This document shows positions 63,896-64,000 of a stretch of DNA of 64,000 nucleotides, piece after piece. The first letter of the stretch is position 1. Each line of letters starts with the position of its first letter. The position numbers and the translations under genes are program-made. This DNA is from Octopus sinensis (lineage: Eukaryota): contig NC_043006.1 of NCBI RefSeq assembly GCF_006345805.1, forward strand, positions 70,184,001 through 70,248,000, read 5' to 3'. The notes beneath the pieces were generated by a model. That model worked only from the letters and a program-made list of their open reading frames with translations, ran no database searches and was not told where the DNA came from.

Positions 63896-64000
63896 CAAAA
63901 TTTTAAACATTATTATTTTATGAAAACCCACAGCTTATTTTGTTGGTTTGATGGAAAGTGTCAGCTGTCTACAGCCAGCAGTCTAAGGTGGGACTCGCTT

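Overview
This is a 64-kb, AT-rich eukaryotic window, mostly repeat-derived, with one 100-N scaffold gap (25346-25445). The tRNA-derived SINE families and very heavy (TA)n/(CA)n/(CATA)n/(TAA)n load suggest an octopus (coleoid cephalopod) genome; this is inference, not a database match. Almost every ORF in the supplied track is either a microsatellite artefact or a decayed transposon frame. Recognisable elements: restriction-like-endonuclease (REL) non-LTR retrotransposons (two R4/Dong-like families, a third REL family and a HERO-like copy), RTE and Tx1-like fragments, Penelope-like remnants with hammerhead-like motifs, two near-full-length DD34D mariners, other Tc1/mariner/maT pieces, a complete hAT with an 8-bp TSD, a deleted MULE, Helentron-type and piggyBac-type non-autonomous elements, foldback elements and dozens of SINEs. 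One probable host gene start is visible: an enkurin-like first coding exon (60678-60766, +) downstream of a CRE plus RFX X-box-like motif. The most interesting patterns are (i) different retroelement families each paired with a different microsatellite, (ii) two non-coding 550-590 bp elements without a tRNA head sitting in those microsatellites, one carrying a covarying RNA hairpin, and (iii) several hammerhead-ribozyme-like folds. No rRNA, true tRNA gene or CRISPR array was seen. All coordinates were read by eye; repeat boundaries are approximate unless a TSD or TIR is quoted.
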